Notes: generated by a model from the sequence alone, not told the origin. A DNA stretch of 64,000 nt from an uncultured Sphingomonadaceae bacterium (GCA_947497455.1 CANMGU010000002.1:402506-466505), one strand, 5' to 3'; numbered from the stretch's first letter, positions 9,043 to 18,205 are shown. Program-made: numbers and translations.

Positions 9043-9378
9043 TCAGGTCATTTCAGCGATGAGCCGTTCCGCATCCGGGATGTCCAGTTCAATTAACCAT
9101 AGATCCGGATCAAAACCGCTCCGCCGTTTCAGATATCCGTCTAATTCTTGTTTTTTTTCAGTGTCTTGCGGCCATATAACTTGCCAGGTCGAGGGGCCGT
9201 CAAGACTGGGCATCTTCTCCAAAAGCCGCGGATCTTTACCCTTTTCAACGCATAAAATAAGGATCGCGCCGGAGATCCGATCCCCTTTTTGCAGGACAGC
9301 TCCAAAACCACCATTCTGATTCACTTTGCGCAGCAATGACTGCACCGTCATTTCCGCAGACAGGCGCGGTTCGATCAT
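9043..9378 (-). CDS. DUF1491-family protein
   Basis: The 111-aa ORF has an N-terminus (RLSAEMTVQSLLRKVNQNGGFGAVLQKGD..GAILIL) that resembles the alphaproteobacterial DUF1491 family. This rests on memory of the family only. Confidence 0.55.
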   Translation of the reverse strand: MIEPRLSAEMTVQSLLRKVNQNGGFGAVLQKGDRISGAILILCVEKGKDPRLLEKMPSLDGPSTWQVIWPQDTEKKQELDGYLKRRSGFDPDLWLIELDIPDAERLIAEMT

Positions 9379-9380
9379 AT

Positions 9381-9860
9381 CTACTGCTTATATCCGGGTA
9401 ACGAAGCTAATGGGATGTGCGATCGCATGAATGTGCCGGTCCCGCGGGCAATTTCCTCGCCATCTTGGTCAATAAGCCGTGAATCCGCCACGAAAACCCG
9501 TCTTTTTCCGCTCACCCATCGCCCTTCGGCCGTTACCGTGCTGGATTTTAGCGGTCGGGTGAACAATACATTAAACGCTGTGGTCAACAAGAAACGGTCA
9601 GAAACCAAACTATTGGCTGCATAAAATGCGGCATCATCGAGCATTTTGAAATAGCTGGTACCATGTACCGCCCCTGCCGCATGATAATGCCGTTCATCTA
9701 CATCAAAGGTGATGCGGGCAATTCCGCGCTCGGTTATCTCGAGATCGGACGTGAATAGCTGATTGATCGGGGCTGCCTTGTAGAGCCGTTCCAAAGCTCG
9801 AAAATGTTCATGGGACCCGTTTGGTTCCAGCGCTGAATCATTCTCCCCAGCCATTATCAA
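9381..9860 (-). CDS. PaaI-family hotdog-fold thioesterase
   Basis: The 159-aa ORF has a pattern (..GAVHGTSYFKMLDDAAFYAA..) typical of PaaI/4HBT thioesterases. It overlaps ptsN by 4 nt. Confidence 0.7.
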   Translation of the reverse strand: MIMAGENDSALEPNGSHEHFRALERLYKAAPINQLFTSDLEITERGIARITFDVDERHYHAAGAVHGTSYFKMLDDAAFYAANSLVSDRFLLTTAFNVLFTRPLKSSTVTAEGRWVSGKRRVFVADSRLIDQDGEEIARGTGTFMRSHIPLASLPGYKQ

Positions 9861-10324
9861 GCCGCTTGCTGGTCCTGCTGTCCGGTAAGCAACACAAAAA
9901 GCGCATCCTCGGAAGCGGCACCGCGTAATTTCGTCAAGGTTGCTTCATCGCGCAAGAAGCGCGAGATTTCAGCCAGTGCTTTCAAATGATCAGCGCTGCC
10001 CTGGTCGGGTGACAGCAGACCAAAGACCAGATCTACGTCCTGACCGTCATGTGCATCAAAACTGATCGGCTGTGCCAGACGGATGAACAGTCCAACACAC
10101 TCGTCCAACTCTTTGATTCTGGCATGCGGAATCGCGACCGATCCACCAAAGCCCGTAGATCCAAGCGATTCACGGTCCTGAAGGCGCTGAAGCACCAGAT
10201 CGCCATCCAGGCCGTAAGACTGGGCTGCTTTTTTTGCCAGAGTCGCAAAAACTTCTTGCTTGGACATCGCGGTTGCACTGGCTGCTACGGCTGCGGAGTC
10301 AATATGAACTGACAAATATTCCAT
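9857..10324 (-). CDS. ptsN: PTS(Ntr) EIIA-type nitrogen regulatory protein PtsN
   Basis: It has the EIIA(Ntr) signature with the phosphorylatable His (GGSVAIPHARI) and lies downstream of hpf, the conserved position. Confidence 0.85.
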   Translation of the reverse strand: MEYLSVHIDSAAVAASATAMSKQEVFATLAKKAAQSYGLDGDLVLQRLQDRESLGSTGFGGSVAIPHARIKELDECVGLFIRLAQPISFDAHDGQDVDLVFGLLSPDQGSADHLKALAEISRFLRDEATLTKLRGAASEDALFVLLTGQQDQQAA

Positions 10325-10468
10325 TTTATCCTCAAAGGCCTATGGGCCTGCACTGTTACTACGCAAAGCATCTTAGCGGGCTTATCGCTTTCACCAGATG
10401 CTGCTGATCACAATCAATTTGCCGCCAAAAAATCTGGCGATTCGGGGGATTCAAAAGCGAAAAAGGCG

Positions 10469-11041
10469 CTATTTCTGCGGTTCGACCCAGCCGATAGTGC
10501 CATCCGAGCGGCGGTAAACCATATTATGCGATCCAGTTCCAGCATTTTTAAACAATAGTGCGCTGGTGTTGCGCAAATCCATCATCATCACCGCATCCGA
10601 GACGCTTGCTTCTGGAATATCGGTACTGGTTTCAGCAATAATGGCAGGGGCTTCGGAATTTGTTTCTACTTCAATCTCGTCATCACCGGCGTCGAAGACG
10701 CGATATGCGGCTTCTTCCTGTTTTGCGGCATATTGAGCCTGAACATGATGATCGTTCAACCGGCGCATATAGCGTCGCAGCTGTTTTTCGATCTTGTCGG
10801 CCGCTTGTTCGAAGGCCTGATGGGCATCACCCGCTCGCGCCTCTGATTTCAGCATCAAGCCTGTCATGATGTGCGATACAATGTCGCATTGAAAGTGGTT
10901 ATGGGGCGCCTTGCCAAATGTAGCCTGCGCGGAAATCGCCTTGGGGAAATATTTGTCGGCTATCGCATTCATTCGATCGTCAACATGGCCTTGGAGCGCA
11001 TCGCCGGTGTCCACCTGATGTCCTGAAACACGAATTTCCAT
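10469..11041 (-). CDS. hpf: Ribosome hibernation promoting factor (long HPF)
   Basis: It has an N-terminal sigma54-modulation/S30EA domain (MEIRVSGHQVDTGDALQ..) and a C-terminal dimerisation domain (..VMMMDL....LFKN..TG..NMVYRRSDGTIGWVEP). Confidence 0.9.
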   Translation of the reverse strand: MEIRVSGHQVDTGDALQGHVDDRMNAIADKYFPKAISAQATFGKAPHNHFQCDIVSHIMTGLMLKSEARAGDAHQAFEQAADKIEKQLRRYMRRLNDHHVQAQYAAKQEEAAYRVFDAGDDEIEVETNSEAPAIIAETSTDIPEASVSDAVMMMDLRNTSALLFKNAGTGSHNMVYRRSDGTIGWVEPQK

Positions 11042-11107
11042 ATTCTTTCTCCATTATGGTTGCGCAATATCTTTATGCTTATTCTGCTGGACCTCTGAAT
11101 TGGTCTG

Positions 11108-11806
11108 TCAATTATCGGCCCAGAGCGGATCTTTTATCCCTTCCATGAACGTCGCGTGCCTTGCCAGTTCTTCGGCGCTTGCACTATGCGGGCGTGGCGC
11201 AATAAATTGCCGGCGTAGTGCGGCTTCCTTTTGGCCAGGTTGCCGGACTGCAGTATCGGACGATGCTTTATCATCAGCCAGACTGAGACCGATCTGCCGC
11301 CCGCCAGTCAACTCTATATATAACTGTGTCAGCAATTCCGCATCAAGCAAAGCGCCATGTTTGACGCGGTGACTGCGATCAATGCCGTAACGGCTGCAAA
11401 GCGCATCAAGAGACAATTTGGCCCCGGGATGTTTAACCTTAGCAATGGCCAAAGTGTCGACCATACGAAATTGCGAGATCGGTTTTTTGCCACACAGGAC
11501 CAGTTCAGCATTAAGGAAGTTAAAGTCAAACTGCGCATTATGCGCGACGAGCTTGGCTTCGCCGAGAAACTCGAGAAGTTCTTCAGCACCATCGGCAAAG
11601 AGCTTTTTATCAGACAGAAATATGTCGGAAAGGCCGTGAACTTCCTCTGCTGCCTTCGGCATCGAGCGCTGCGGATTATAATAGCAGTGAAAACTCTCGC
11701 CGGTTTCGACCCGGTCGATCATTTCAATACAGCCTATTTCAACCATCCGGTCGCCACTTTGCGGGTCGAATCCGGTGGTTTCTGTGTCGAAAATTATTTC
11801 CCGCAT
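11108..11806 (-). CDS. dnaQ: DNA polymerase III epsilon subunit (3'-5' exonuclease)
   Basis: The three exonuclease motifs are present: Exo I FDTETTGF, Exo II VAHNAQFDFNFL and Exo III HGALLDAELL. Confidence 0.9.
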   Translation of the reverse strand: MREIIFDTETTGFDPQSGDRMVEIGCIEMIDRVETGESFHCYYNPQRSMPKAAEEVHGLSDIFLSDKKLFADGAEELLEFLGEAKLVAHNAQFDFNFLNAELVLCGKKPISQFRMVDTLAIAKVKHPGAKLSLDALCSRYGIDRSHRVKHGALLDAELLTQLYIELTGGRQIGLSLADDKASSDTAVRQPGQKEAALRRQFIAPRPHSASAEELARHATFMEGIKDPLWADN

Positions 11807-11833
11807 ATTACCAATATCGGACTCAAATTCCGG

Positions 11834-12433
11834 TTACGCAAGTGATGCTTTCAATTTTTCTATAGTATTTCGAACCTGTATCCGCGTTTCGTCCAATGGC
11901 TGCGATGTATTGATCACAAAATCGGCGCGTTTGCGCTTTTCTTCATCCGGCATTTGCAAGGACTTAATCTTATCAAACTTGTCCGGCGTCATCCCTGGAC
12001 GGCGCAAAACCCGATCGCGCTGATCCTCTTCGGTTGCCGACACGACGATCACCTGATCCACCCCGTCAGCACCGGATTTTTCGAACAAAAGCGGAATGTC
12101 GAAGAGAATCATCGGAACATTCCTGTTCTGCGCGAGAAATTCCATTCGCATCGCACCGACAGCAGGGTGAATCAACTCTTCCAGCTGTTTTAACGCCTCA
12201 GGATTGCCAAGCACAGCGGAACCAAGTTTCTGCCGATCCACCCCTTTCTCGTTGGTCGTCCCCGGAAACAGCGCTTCAATTTCTCCGACCAGCGCACCGC
12301 CCGGTCCCTGCAAAATGTGAACAGCCGCATCGGCATCAAATACCGGAACACCGTCATCGGCAAACATCTCCGCAACCGTTGACTTGCCCATGCCAATGGA
12401 TCCCGTCAGCCCGATGATCATCGGACCGGTCAT
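11834..12433 (-). CDS. coaE: Dephospho-CoA kinase
   Basis: It has the P-loop GLTGSIGMGKST and sits in the conserved alphaproteobacterial aroE-coaE-dnaQ order. Confidence 0.9.
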   Translation of the reverse strand: MTGPMIIGLTGSIGMGKSTVAEMFADDGVPVFDADAAVHILQGPGGALVGEIEALFPGTTNEKGVDRQKLGSAVLGNPEALKQLEELIHPAVGAMRMEFLAQNRNVPMILFDIPLLFEKSGADGVDQVIVVSATEEDQRDRVLRRPGMTPDKFDKIKSLQMPDEEKRKRADFVINTSQPLDETRIQVRNTIEKLKASLA

Positions 12434-13248
12434 GCGAGGAGCAGCTTTCTCAATTTGTCGTCATGTTCAAGCGGGGGGGGCTTGCCGAAGAATATTTCAA
12501 AGGCGACTGCGGCCTGGCCGATCAACATCGCCAAACCATCAATCGTATCAAGATTGCGCGCTGTAGCCTTTTGCAACAATTTCGTTTTGATCGGCACATA
12601 GACAAGGTCATAGACAATCGCATCATCGGGCAGGGGGTCAAGATTGACGACAAGCTCATCCTGCCCCTTCATACCCAATGCACTGGCATTTACCAGCAGT
12701 CGCGCCGGTGGTAGGGCAGATCCATGCTCCAGGGCTTGTCCTTGAAGGCCAAAGCGGGCAAGCAGAGCGGACGCCTTGAGGACATTGCGGTTGATAATGG
12801 TAACGGTACCCACTTCGATGCGCGACAAGGCGAACAAAACCGCCTGCGCTGCTCCACCGGCGCCGATGACAATAACATCCTGACCCGCAAGCGGGATATC
12901 GGCAATTGGCGCAAAAAAGCCGCCAGCATCGGTATTGGTACCAAAAAGATCACCGTTTTCGGTCCGCGCTATGGTGTTCATCGCGCCGATTGATGCGCGC
13001 ACCCCGCCCGGGTCCGATACATGCTCCATCACCGCGAGTTTATGAGGAATGGTGACATTGCACCCCCGCCATTCAGTGTCTTTCCGGCGCGCAGCAATAT
13101 AATCTGCCAGTTCCTCCGGTTTCACGTGGAACATGCGATAATCCGCCTTGATCCCAAGTTTTTCGAGCCAGAATTTATGTATTATCGGCGATTTGCTTTG
13201 GGCAATCGGATCACCAATCACTTCAGCATAAGGGAGGTTGTCGGTCAT
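12430..13248 (-). CDS. aroE: Shikimate dehydrogenase
   Basis: AroE motifs are present (IAQSKSP.IH, NVTIPHK, NTD, GAGGAA). It overlaps both neighbours by 4 nt. Confidence 0.9.
   Translation of the reverse strand: MTDNLPYAEVIGDPIAQSKSPIIHKFWLEKLGIKADYRMFHVKPEELADYIAARRKDTEWRGCNVTIPHKLAVMEHVSDPGGVRASIGAMNTIARTENGDLFGTNTDAGGFFAPIADIPLAGQDVIVIGAGGAAQAVLFALSRIEVGTVTIINRNVLKASALLARFGLQGQALEHGSALPPARLLVNASALGMKGQDELVVNLDPLPDDAIVYDLVYVPIKTKLLQKATARNLDTIDGLAMLIGQAAVAFEIFFGKPPPLEHDDKLRKLLLA
13118..13133. promoter_or_regulatory. parS-like site inside aroE
   Basis: GGTTTCACGTGGAACA has the reverse complement TGTTCCACGTGAAACC. That matches 15 of 16 positions of TGTTNCACGTGAAACA. Confidence 0.45.
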
Positions 13249-13862
13249 GACGGCATAACACCCCGGACCCGCAAATAGTCAAGCAAATGGATCAGTGGCA
13301 AACCCATAATCGTAAACTGGCTTCCTTTGATATCCGAGAAAAGCTGTGCTCCCCGGCCTTCAATTTCATAGCAGCCGACACAATGACGGATATTATCCCA
13401 TTCGGCTTCGATATAGGCTTCGATATAGGCTTCGCTCAGTGGTCGCATGGTCAAAGTCGCTATGTCGATATGGCGCCAGACCGGTGATCCCTGGTCAGCG
13501 ATCACAGCGGCGCTAAACAATTTGTGCTTCTTACCAGAGAGCCGCCGCAAATGCGCTTTGGCTTCTTGACGATCGATTGGCTTGTCGAGCATCGCGCCAT
13601 CTTCGAGAGCCAATATCTGATCCCCGCCAAGAACCAGCGCCGGACCAATGCGGCGGGACAAGCGAACCGCTTTTGCCTCCGCCAACGCATCGGCCAGGTT
13701 GCGCGCTGTTACGCCATCAGCACGCAACCCCTCTTTCAACGCCTCTTCGTCGACATTGGGCGCGAAAGATTCGATAATCACACCCGCTGCCTCCAGCATA
13801 GCGCGCCGAGCCTTGCTCTTGGATGCCAGTATGATCATCGGTTCAGCCGGAGCATCACTCAT
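13245..13862 (-). CDS. maf: Maf-family nucleoside triphosphate pyrophosphatase (septum formation protein)
   Basis: It has a Maf-like N-terminus (IILASKSKARRAML) and family-typical length. I chose the ATG at 13862; alternative starts are at 13895 and 13838. Confidence 0.85.
   Translation of the reverse strand: MSDAPAEPMIILASKSKARRAMLEAAGVIIESFAPNVDEEALKEGLRADGVTARNLADALAEAKAVRLSRRIGPALVLGGDQILALEDGAMLDKPIDRQEAKAHLRRLSGKKHKLFSAAVIADQGSPVWRHIDIATLTMRPLSEAYIEAYIEAEWDNIRHCVGCYEIEGRGAQLFSDIKGSQFTIMGLPLIHLLDYLRVRGVMPS
13404..13434. repeat. In-frame 12-bp tandem repeat (about 2.6 copies) inside maf
   Basis: GGCTTCGATATA occurs twice, followed by a partial copy GGCTTCG. This encodes EAYIEAYIEA in Maf. 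Confidence 0.9.
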
Positions 13863-14688
13863 CGACAACGTCCTGGTTTTCGGTATGGCGCTCATTGTAG
13901 AAGTTGATGATTGCCGCAGCGGATTCCTCGATCGAACGCCGAGTCACATCGATTGTGGGCCACCCATTATCGGCGAACATCCGGCGGGCATATTGGGTTT
14001 CGGCTTTCACCTTTTCCTCATCGACATAGTCGGTTTCTGGCGCCTGATTGAGAGACAAAAGCCGATTACGACGCACTTGCACCAATCGGCTTGCTCCAGC
14101 GACAAGTCCGACAACCAGCGGATTTTTCAAATGGAAAAGCGCATCAGGAGGGGGTGATTCCGGAACAATCGGAATATTCGCTGTCTTGTAACCGCGATTG
14201 GCCAGATAGATCGATGTCGGTGTTTTGGAGGTCCGGGAAACACCGGCCAGAACTATATCCGCCTCTTCCCAGTTTTCCCATCCGATGCCGTCATCATGGG
14301 CGATGGTGAACTGGATCGCCTCGACCCGGGCGAAATAGGCGGCATCCAATATATGTTGGCGACCGGGCCGCGCTTTGGCTTCCTGACCCAGCATGTTGGA
14401 AAGTGCGTCGGTTACCGTATCGAGCGCAGGCACAACCGGCAGCCCCAAATGCCGGCATTCCCGCTCCAGTCTCCCGCGTATGTCATTGTTAACCAAAGTA
14501 AAAATCACCAGGCCCGGATTGTTGGCGACCTCTACCAATATGCGATTCAAATGGGTTTCCGACCGCACCATCGGCCAGAAATGCTTGATAATTTCCACAC
14601 CATCAAATTGCGCCAGCGCCGCTTTTGCGATATTCTCGAGCGTCTCGCCGGTGGAGTCCGATAGCATGTGCAAATGAAGTCTGTTCAT
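13855..14688 (-). CDS. PpsR-like pyruvate,phosphate dikinase regulatory kinase/pyrophosphorylase (DUF299)
   Basis: It has the P-loop GVSRTSKTPTSIYLANRG and family-typical length. It occupies the conserved position next to the alphaproteobacterial origin. Confidence 0.85.
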   Translation of the reverse strand: MNRLHLHMLSDSTGETLENIAKAALAQFDGVEIIKHFWPMVRSETHLNRILVEVANNPGLVIFTLVNNDIRGRLERECRHLGLPVVPALDTVTDALSNMLGQEAKARPGRQHILDAAYFARVEAIQFTIAHDDGIGWENWEEADIVLAGVSRTSKTPTSIYLANRGYKTANIPIVPESPPPDALFHLKNPLVVGLVAGASRLVQVRRNRLLSLNQAPETDYVDEEKVKAETQYARRMFADNGWPTIDVTRRSIEESAAAIINFYNERHTENQDVVDE

Positions 14689-14710
14689 GCCCGCAACCCT
14701 GTGATTTCAT

Positions 14711-14719
14711 TGTGGATAA
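14711..14719 (-). promoter_or_regulatory. DnaA box (perfect TTATCCACA on the minus strand)
   Basis: The plus strand reads TGTGGATAA. Confidence 0.7.
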
Positions 14720-14778
14720 AGCAAGGGATGAATGCGGGATTTTTAGACCTCCGGAATTCATCCCCATCATCCGGATTT

Positions 14779-14787
14779 CTATCCACA
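14779..14787 (+). promoter_or_regulatory. DnaA box with one mismatch (CTATCCACA)
   Basis: It matches 8 of 9 positions of TTATCCACA. Confidence 0.55.
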
Positions 14788-14808
14788 AGCGATCAAGTTT
14801 TGATAATT

Positions 14809-14817
14809 TGATCCACA
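14809..14817 (+). promoter_or_regulatory. DnaA box with one mismatch (TGATCCACA)
   Basis: It matches 8 of 9 positions of the consensus. With the next box, 3 nt away, it forms an inverted pair. Confidence 0.6.
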
Positions 14818-14820
14818 GAT

Positions 14821-14829
14821 TGTGGATAA
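14821..14829 (-). promoter_or_regulatory. DnaA box (perfect TTATCCACA on the minus strand)
   Basis: The plus strand reads TGTGGATAA. Confidence 0.7.
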
Positions 14830-14946
14830 CGGGAATGAAATTCGGGAATCGGTAAAATTTTCGTTAACAGCCGACTGTCAATCTGTTTGTAATCTCGGTA
14901 GAGCAACGTTACCGCCTCTTTCCACGCTCTATCATCATCAACAAGA

Positions 14947-14988
14947 TTCTATAAATATACTATATTATTATTATATGGGATGACCCTT
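14947..14988. other. AT-rich block, candidate DNA unwinding element
   Basis: TTCTATAAATATACTATATTATTATTATATGGGA.. is by far the most AT-rich stretch of the gap. It lies directly upstream of hemE. Confidence 0.45.
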
Positions 14989-14993
14989 ATCTA

Positions 14994-16028
14994 ATGTCTG
15001 ACGGCACCGACTCTCCGAAAACGCTCCTCAACACTCTGCTCGGCAAGAAACAGGCCCAAACACCGGTCTGGCTGATGCGTCAGGCTGGACGCTATTTGCC
15101 TGAATATCGTGCGTTACGTGCGCAAAAAGGCGGTTTTCTGGAACTTTGTTATGATGCCGAAGCCGCCGCTGAAGTCACGATTCAGCCGATTCAGCGTTTT
15201 GGTTTTGACGGCGCGATACTGTTTTCCGACATATTGATCGTACCGCATGCCATGGGTCAGAAACTCTGGTTTGAGACGGGGGAAGGACCTCGGCTGGCCC
15301 CTAGGTTGGTCGACGCAGCTTTATCGTCTCTGGAGGCCGCTCCGGAGCATTTTGAGGCTATTTATGCCACCGTGCGAGGCGTGGCAGAGCAGCTGGACGA
15401 TAAAACTACCTTCATGGGCTTTGCTGGCAGTCCCTGGACCGTGGCGACCTATATGGTGCATGGGCAAGGCAGCAAGGATCAGGGTGTTGCCCGGCGCTAT
15501 GCCTATCAGAACGAAGCGGCTTTCTCCGAACTGATTGATGCGATTATCGAAAACACGGTCGAATATCTGCTGGGTCAAGTCGCAGCAGGCGTCGACGCGG
15601 TGCAGCTTTTTGACAGCTGGGCGGGATCGCTTTCTCCTGCGCAATTTGAGAAATGGGTGATCGCGCCCAATGCGGAAATCATATCCCGGCTGAAAGCCGT
15701 CCATCCGGATCTGCCGATTATCGGGTTTCCCAAAGGGGCCGGAGCAAAACTGGCCGCTTATGCTAATGAAACCGGGGCCAATGCGATTGGTCTCGATGAA
15801 ACTGTAGATCCTGTCTGGGCGCATGAAACCCTGCCCGCCGATTTACCGCTGCAAGGCAATCTCGACCCTCTCGCTTTGATAGCAGGCGGCGAAGCGCTGG
15901 AACAATCGGTCAAAAATATCCTTCAGATCTTTGAAGACCGCCCGCATATTTTCAACCTGGGTCATGGCATTTTGCCCGACACGCCCATTGAACATGTTGA
16001 AAAGCTGCTTACACTTGTTCGGCAATGA
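14994..16028 (+). CDS. hemE: Uroporphyrinogen decarboxylase
   Basis: It has the signature PVWLMRQAGRYLPEY and a 344-aa length. Confidence 0.95.
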   Translation: MSDGTDSPKTLLNTLLGKKQAQTPVWLMRQAGRYLPEYRALRAQKGGFLELCYDAEAAAEVTIQPIQRFGFDGAILFSDILIVPHAMGQKLWFETGEGPRLAPRLVDAALSSLEAAPEHFEAIYATVRGVAEQLDDKTTFMGFAGSPWTVATYMVHGQGSKDQGVARRYAYQNEAAFSELIDAIIENTVEYLLGQVAAGVDAVQLFDSWAGSLSPAQFEKWVIAPNAEIISRLKAVHPDLPIIGFPKGAGAKLAAYANETGANAIGLDETVDPVWAHETLPADLPLQGNLDPLALIAGGEALEQSVKNILQIFEDRPHIFNLGHGILPDTPIEHVEKLLTLVRQ

Positions 16029-16468
16029 ATGAATATCTGACCATGCTCTATCTCTGGTTAAAATCCGCGCATATCATTTTTGTTATCTTCTGGATGGCCG
16101 GCTTGTTCATGATGCCTCGCTTTTTTGTCTATCATCAGGAATCTGCGGTGGGATCAGAAGAGGATTCCAAATGGATTGAGCGCGAAGGCAAGCTGCGCAA
16201 GATCATCCTCAATCCGTCGCTGATCATCACCTGGGTTTTGGGTCTGTTGCTCGCTTATAACATCGATGCATTCAGCCAGGGCTGGTTCCACGGGAAATTA
16301 CTTATTGTCCTGCTGCTCTCCGGCTATCATGGGTGGATGATGGGCTATGCAAAAAAGCTGGCGCGTGGCGAACGGACCATGACGGATAAAAAGCTGCGGC
16401 TGGTGAACGAAGTGCCTGGCATTACCGCTGCCGTGATTGTGATTTTGGTGATTGTGAAACCGTTCTGA
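16025..16468 (+). CDS. hemJ: Protoporphyrinogen IX oxidase HemJ (UPF0093/CopD-like membrane protein)
   Basis: It has a HemJ-like N-terminus (LWLKSAHIIFVIFWMAGLFMMPRFFVYH) and four TM segments. Its ATGA start overlaps the hemE stop. Confidence 0.85.
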   Translation: MNEYLTMLYLWLKSAHIIFVIFWMAGLFMMPRFFVYHQESAVGSEEDSKWIEREGKLRKIILNPSLIITWVLGLLLAYNIDAFSQGWFHGKLLIVLLLSGYHGWMMGYAKKLARGERTMTDKKLRLVNEVPGITAAVIVILVIVKPF

Positions 16469-16633
16469 TCGGGTCTGTCCGTTTTGGTCCCAGCTTTTGT
16501 TGACAGCCACAGGGCAAAGGCGTAATTGACGCCCAAAGCCCGTCCGGGCGACCTTTCATGTGAAAATTTGACGGCGCACACGCTGCACACATGCAAATAT
16601 GAATAACTTCCTATACTATCTGGATAAATCTCC

Positions 16634-17890
16634 ATGCATTTAAAAGAATTAAAAGAAAAATCGCCTGCTGGTCTCGTCTCAATGGCGGAAGAACTGGGCG
16701 TTGAAAGCGCATCGACTTTGCGCAAACAGGACCTGATGTTCGCGATTCTTAAAGAACTCGCGGATCAGGACGAACTGATCATGGGTCTAGGCACAATTGA
16801 GGTGCTGCCCGACGGATTTGGATTTTTGCGTTCACCGGACGCCAATTATCTCGCCGGTCCTGACGATATTTATGTTTCACCCAACCAGGTTCGTAAATTC
16901 GGACTGCGCACCGGCGACACGGTTGAAGGCGAAATTCGCGCGCCACGGGATGGCGAACGTTATTTTGCGCTGACCAAGCTGACGGCAATCAACTTTGATG
17001 AGCCCGATGCGGTCCGTCACCGGGTCAATTTTGACAATCTCACGCCGCTCTATCCGGATGAGAAGCTGACCCTGGATAGTCTCGACCCCACGGTCAAAGA
17101 CAAGTCAGCGCGCGTTATCGACATTATCTCGCCGCAAGGTAAAGGCCAGCGTGCCTTGATCGTGGCGCCGCCGCGGACCGGTAAAACCGTATTGCTGCAG
17201 AATATTGCCAAGGCGATTACCGACAATCATCCGGAAGTCTATCTGCTCGTTCTGCTGATCGACGAACGGCCGGAAGAGGTGACCGATATGCAGCGCTCGG
17301 TGAAGGGCGAAGTGATAAGCTCCACTTTTGACGAGCCGGCAACACGCCACGTGCAAGTTGCTGAAATGGTTATTGAAAAAGCCAAACGCCTGGTCGAGCA
17401 CAAGCATGATGTTGTCATCCTGCTCGACTCTATTACCCGTTTGGGCCGTGCCTATAATACGGTGGTGCCGAGCTCTGGTAAGGTTCTGACCGGTGGTGTT
17501 GATGCCAATGCCCTGCAGCGTCCGAAACGCTTTTTCGGTGCCGCGCGTAATATTGAGGAAGGCGGTTCGCTTTCCATCATCGCAACCGCGCTGATCGATA
17601 CCGGTAGCCGGATGGACGAGGTTATCTTTGAAGAATTCAAAGGAACTGGTAACTCCGAAATTGTGCTGGATCGCAAAGTTGCCGACAAGCGGATCTTCCC
17701 GGCACTGGATGTTGGCAAATCCGGTACACGTAAGGAAGAATTGCTGGTCGAAGATGACAAGCTCAAGAAAATGTGGGTGCTGCGCCGCATCCTCATGCAA
17801 ATGGGTACGATCGACGCGATGGAATTCCTGCTCGACAAGATGAAGGACAGCAAAGCGAACGACGATTTCTTCGATAGTATGAATCAGTAG
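16634..17890 (+). CDS. rho: Transcription termination factor Rho
   Basis: It has a Rho N-terminal and RNA-binding domain (GFGFLR) and the Walker A motif [11 protein letters not shown]. The length is 418 aa. Confidence 0.95.
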   Translation: MHLKELKEKSPAGLVSMAEELGVESASTLRKQDLMFAILKELADQDELIMGLGTIEVLPDGFGFLRSPDANYLAGPDDIYVSPNQVRKFGLRTGDTVEGEIRAPRDGERYFALTKLTAINFDEPDAVRHRVNFDNLTPLYPDEKLTLDSLDPTVKDKSARVIDIISPQGKGQRALIVAPPRTGKTVLLQNIAKAITDNHPEVYLLVLLIDERPEEVTDMQRSVKGEVISSTFDEPATRHVQVAEMVIEKAKRLVEHKHDVVILLDSITRLGRAYNTVVPSSGKVLTGGVDANALQRPKRFFGAARNIEEGGSLSIIATALIDTGSRMDEVIFEEFKGTGNSEIVLDRKVADKRIFPALDVGKSGTRKEELLVEDDKLKKMWVLRRILMQMGTIDAMEFLLDKMKDSKANDDFFDSMNQ

Positions 17891-17908
17891 GTTTGCGGAA
17901 CGACCGCG

Positions 17909-18205
17909 ATGATTATTGAACAGGCTTTGTTGCAGGTAAAACCGCGTCAATCCAACCAGTTTGTTGAAGCCATGCAACAGGCAAAACCGCTCATCGCTGC
18001 GCAGCCAGGCTTTCAATCCATAGACGTTCGTCCGTCTGTCGATCGGCCGGATCAGTTTCTCTTGCTGGTGGGATGGGAAAGTGTTGAAGCGCACCGCGAC
18101 GGATTCCGCAAATCACCGGAATATGCCCAATGGCGCGCCTTGCTTCACGACTTTTATGATCCTATGCCCAGTGTAACATATTTCGGGGAAACGATTTTTT
18201 CATGA
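17909..18205 (+). CDS. Antibiotic biosynthesis monooxygenase (ABM/Dabb-fold) family protein
   Basis: The 98-aa ORF has the ABM pattern (..F...M......I...PGF.S......D.PDQFLLLVGWESVEAH...F..S). Confidence 0.7.
   Translation: MIIEQALLQVKPRQSNQFVEAMQQAKPLIAAQPGFQSIDVRPSVDRPDQFLLLVGWESVEAHRDGFRKSPEYAQWRALLHDFYDPMPSVTYFGETIFS

Larger units (their letters stand above)
14689..14993. other. Probable chromosomal replication origin (oriC)
   Basis: This is a 305-bp non-coding gap between the DUF299 gene and hemE. It holds four DnaA-box 9-mers, a roughly 40-bp AT-rich block next to hemE, and two GANTC sites. Confidence 0.75.

Noticed and set aside
14853-14868. A CtrA-like site TAAA-N7-TTAAC inside the proposed origin
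   Set aside because: It has one mismatch to TTAA-N7-TTAAC and occurs only once. An AT-rich context makes chance matches likely, and CtrA control of the origin is not established outside Caulobacter-like lineages. It is noted but not called.
16500-16528. TTGACA-N17-TAATTG upstream of rho as a sigma70 promoter
   Set aside because: The -35 element is perfect but the -10 hexamer matches TATAAT poorly and lacks the final T. This is not enough evidence to annotate a promoter without transcript data.
17105-18094. A 329-aa ORF on the minus strand opposite rho and the ABM gene
   Set aside because: It is fully antisense to the unmistakable rho gene. Its composition is Arg/His/Phe/Gln-rich, typical of a mirror frame, it has no recognisable motif, and it crosses a gene boundary. 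It is a GC-driven spurious ORF.
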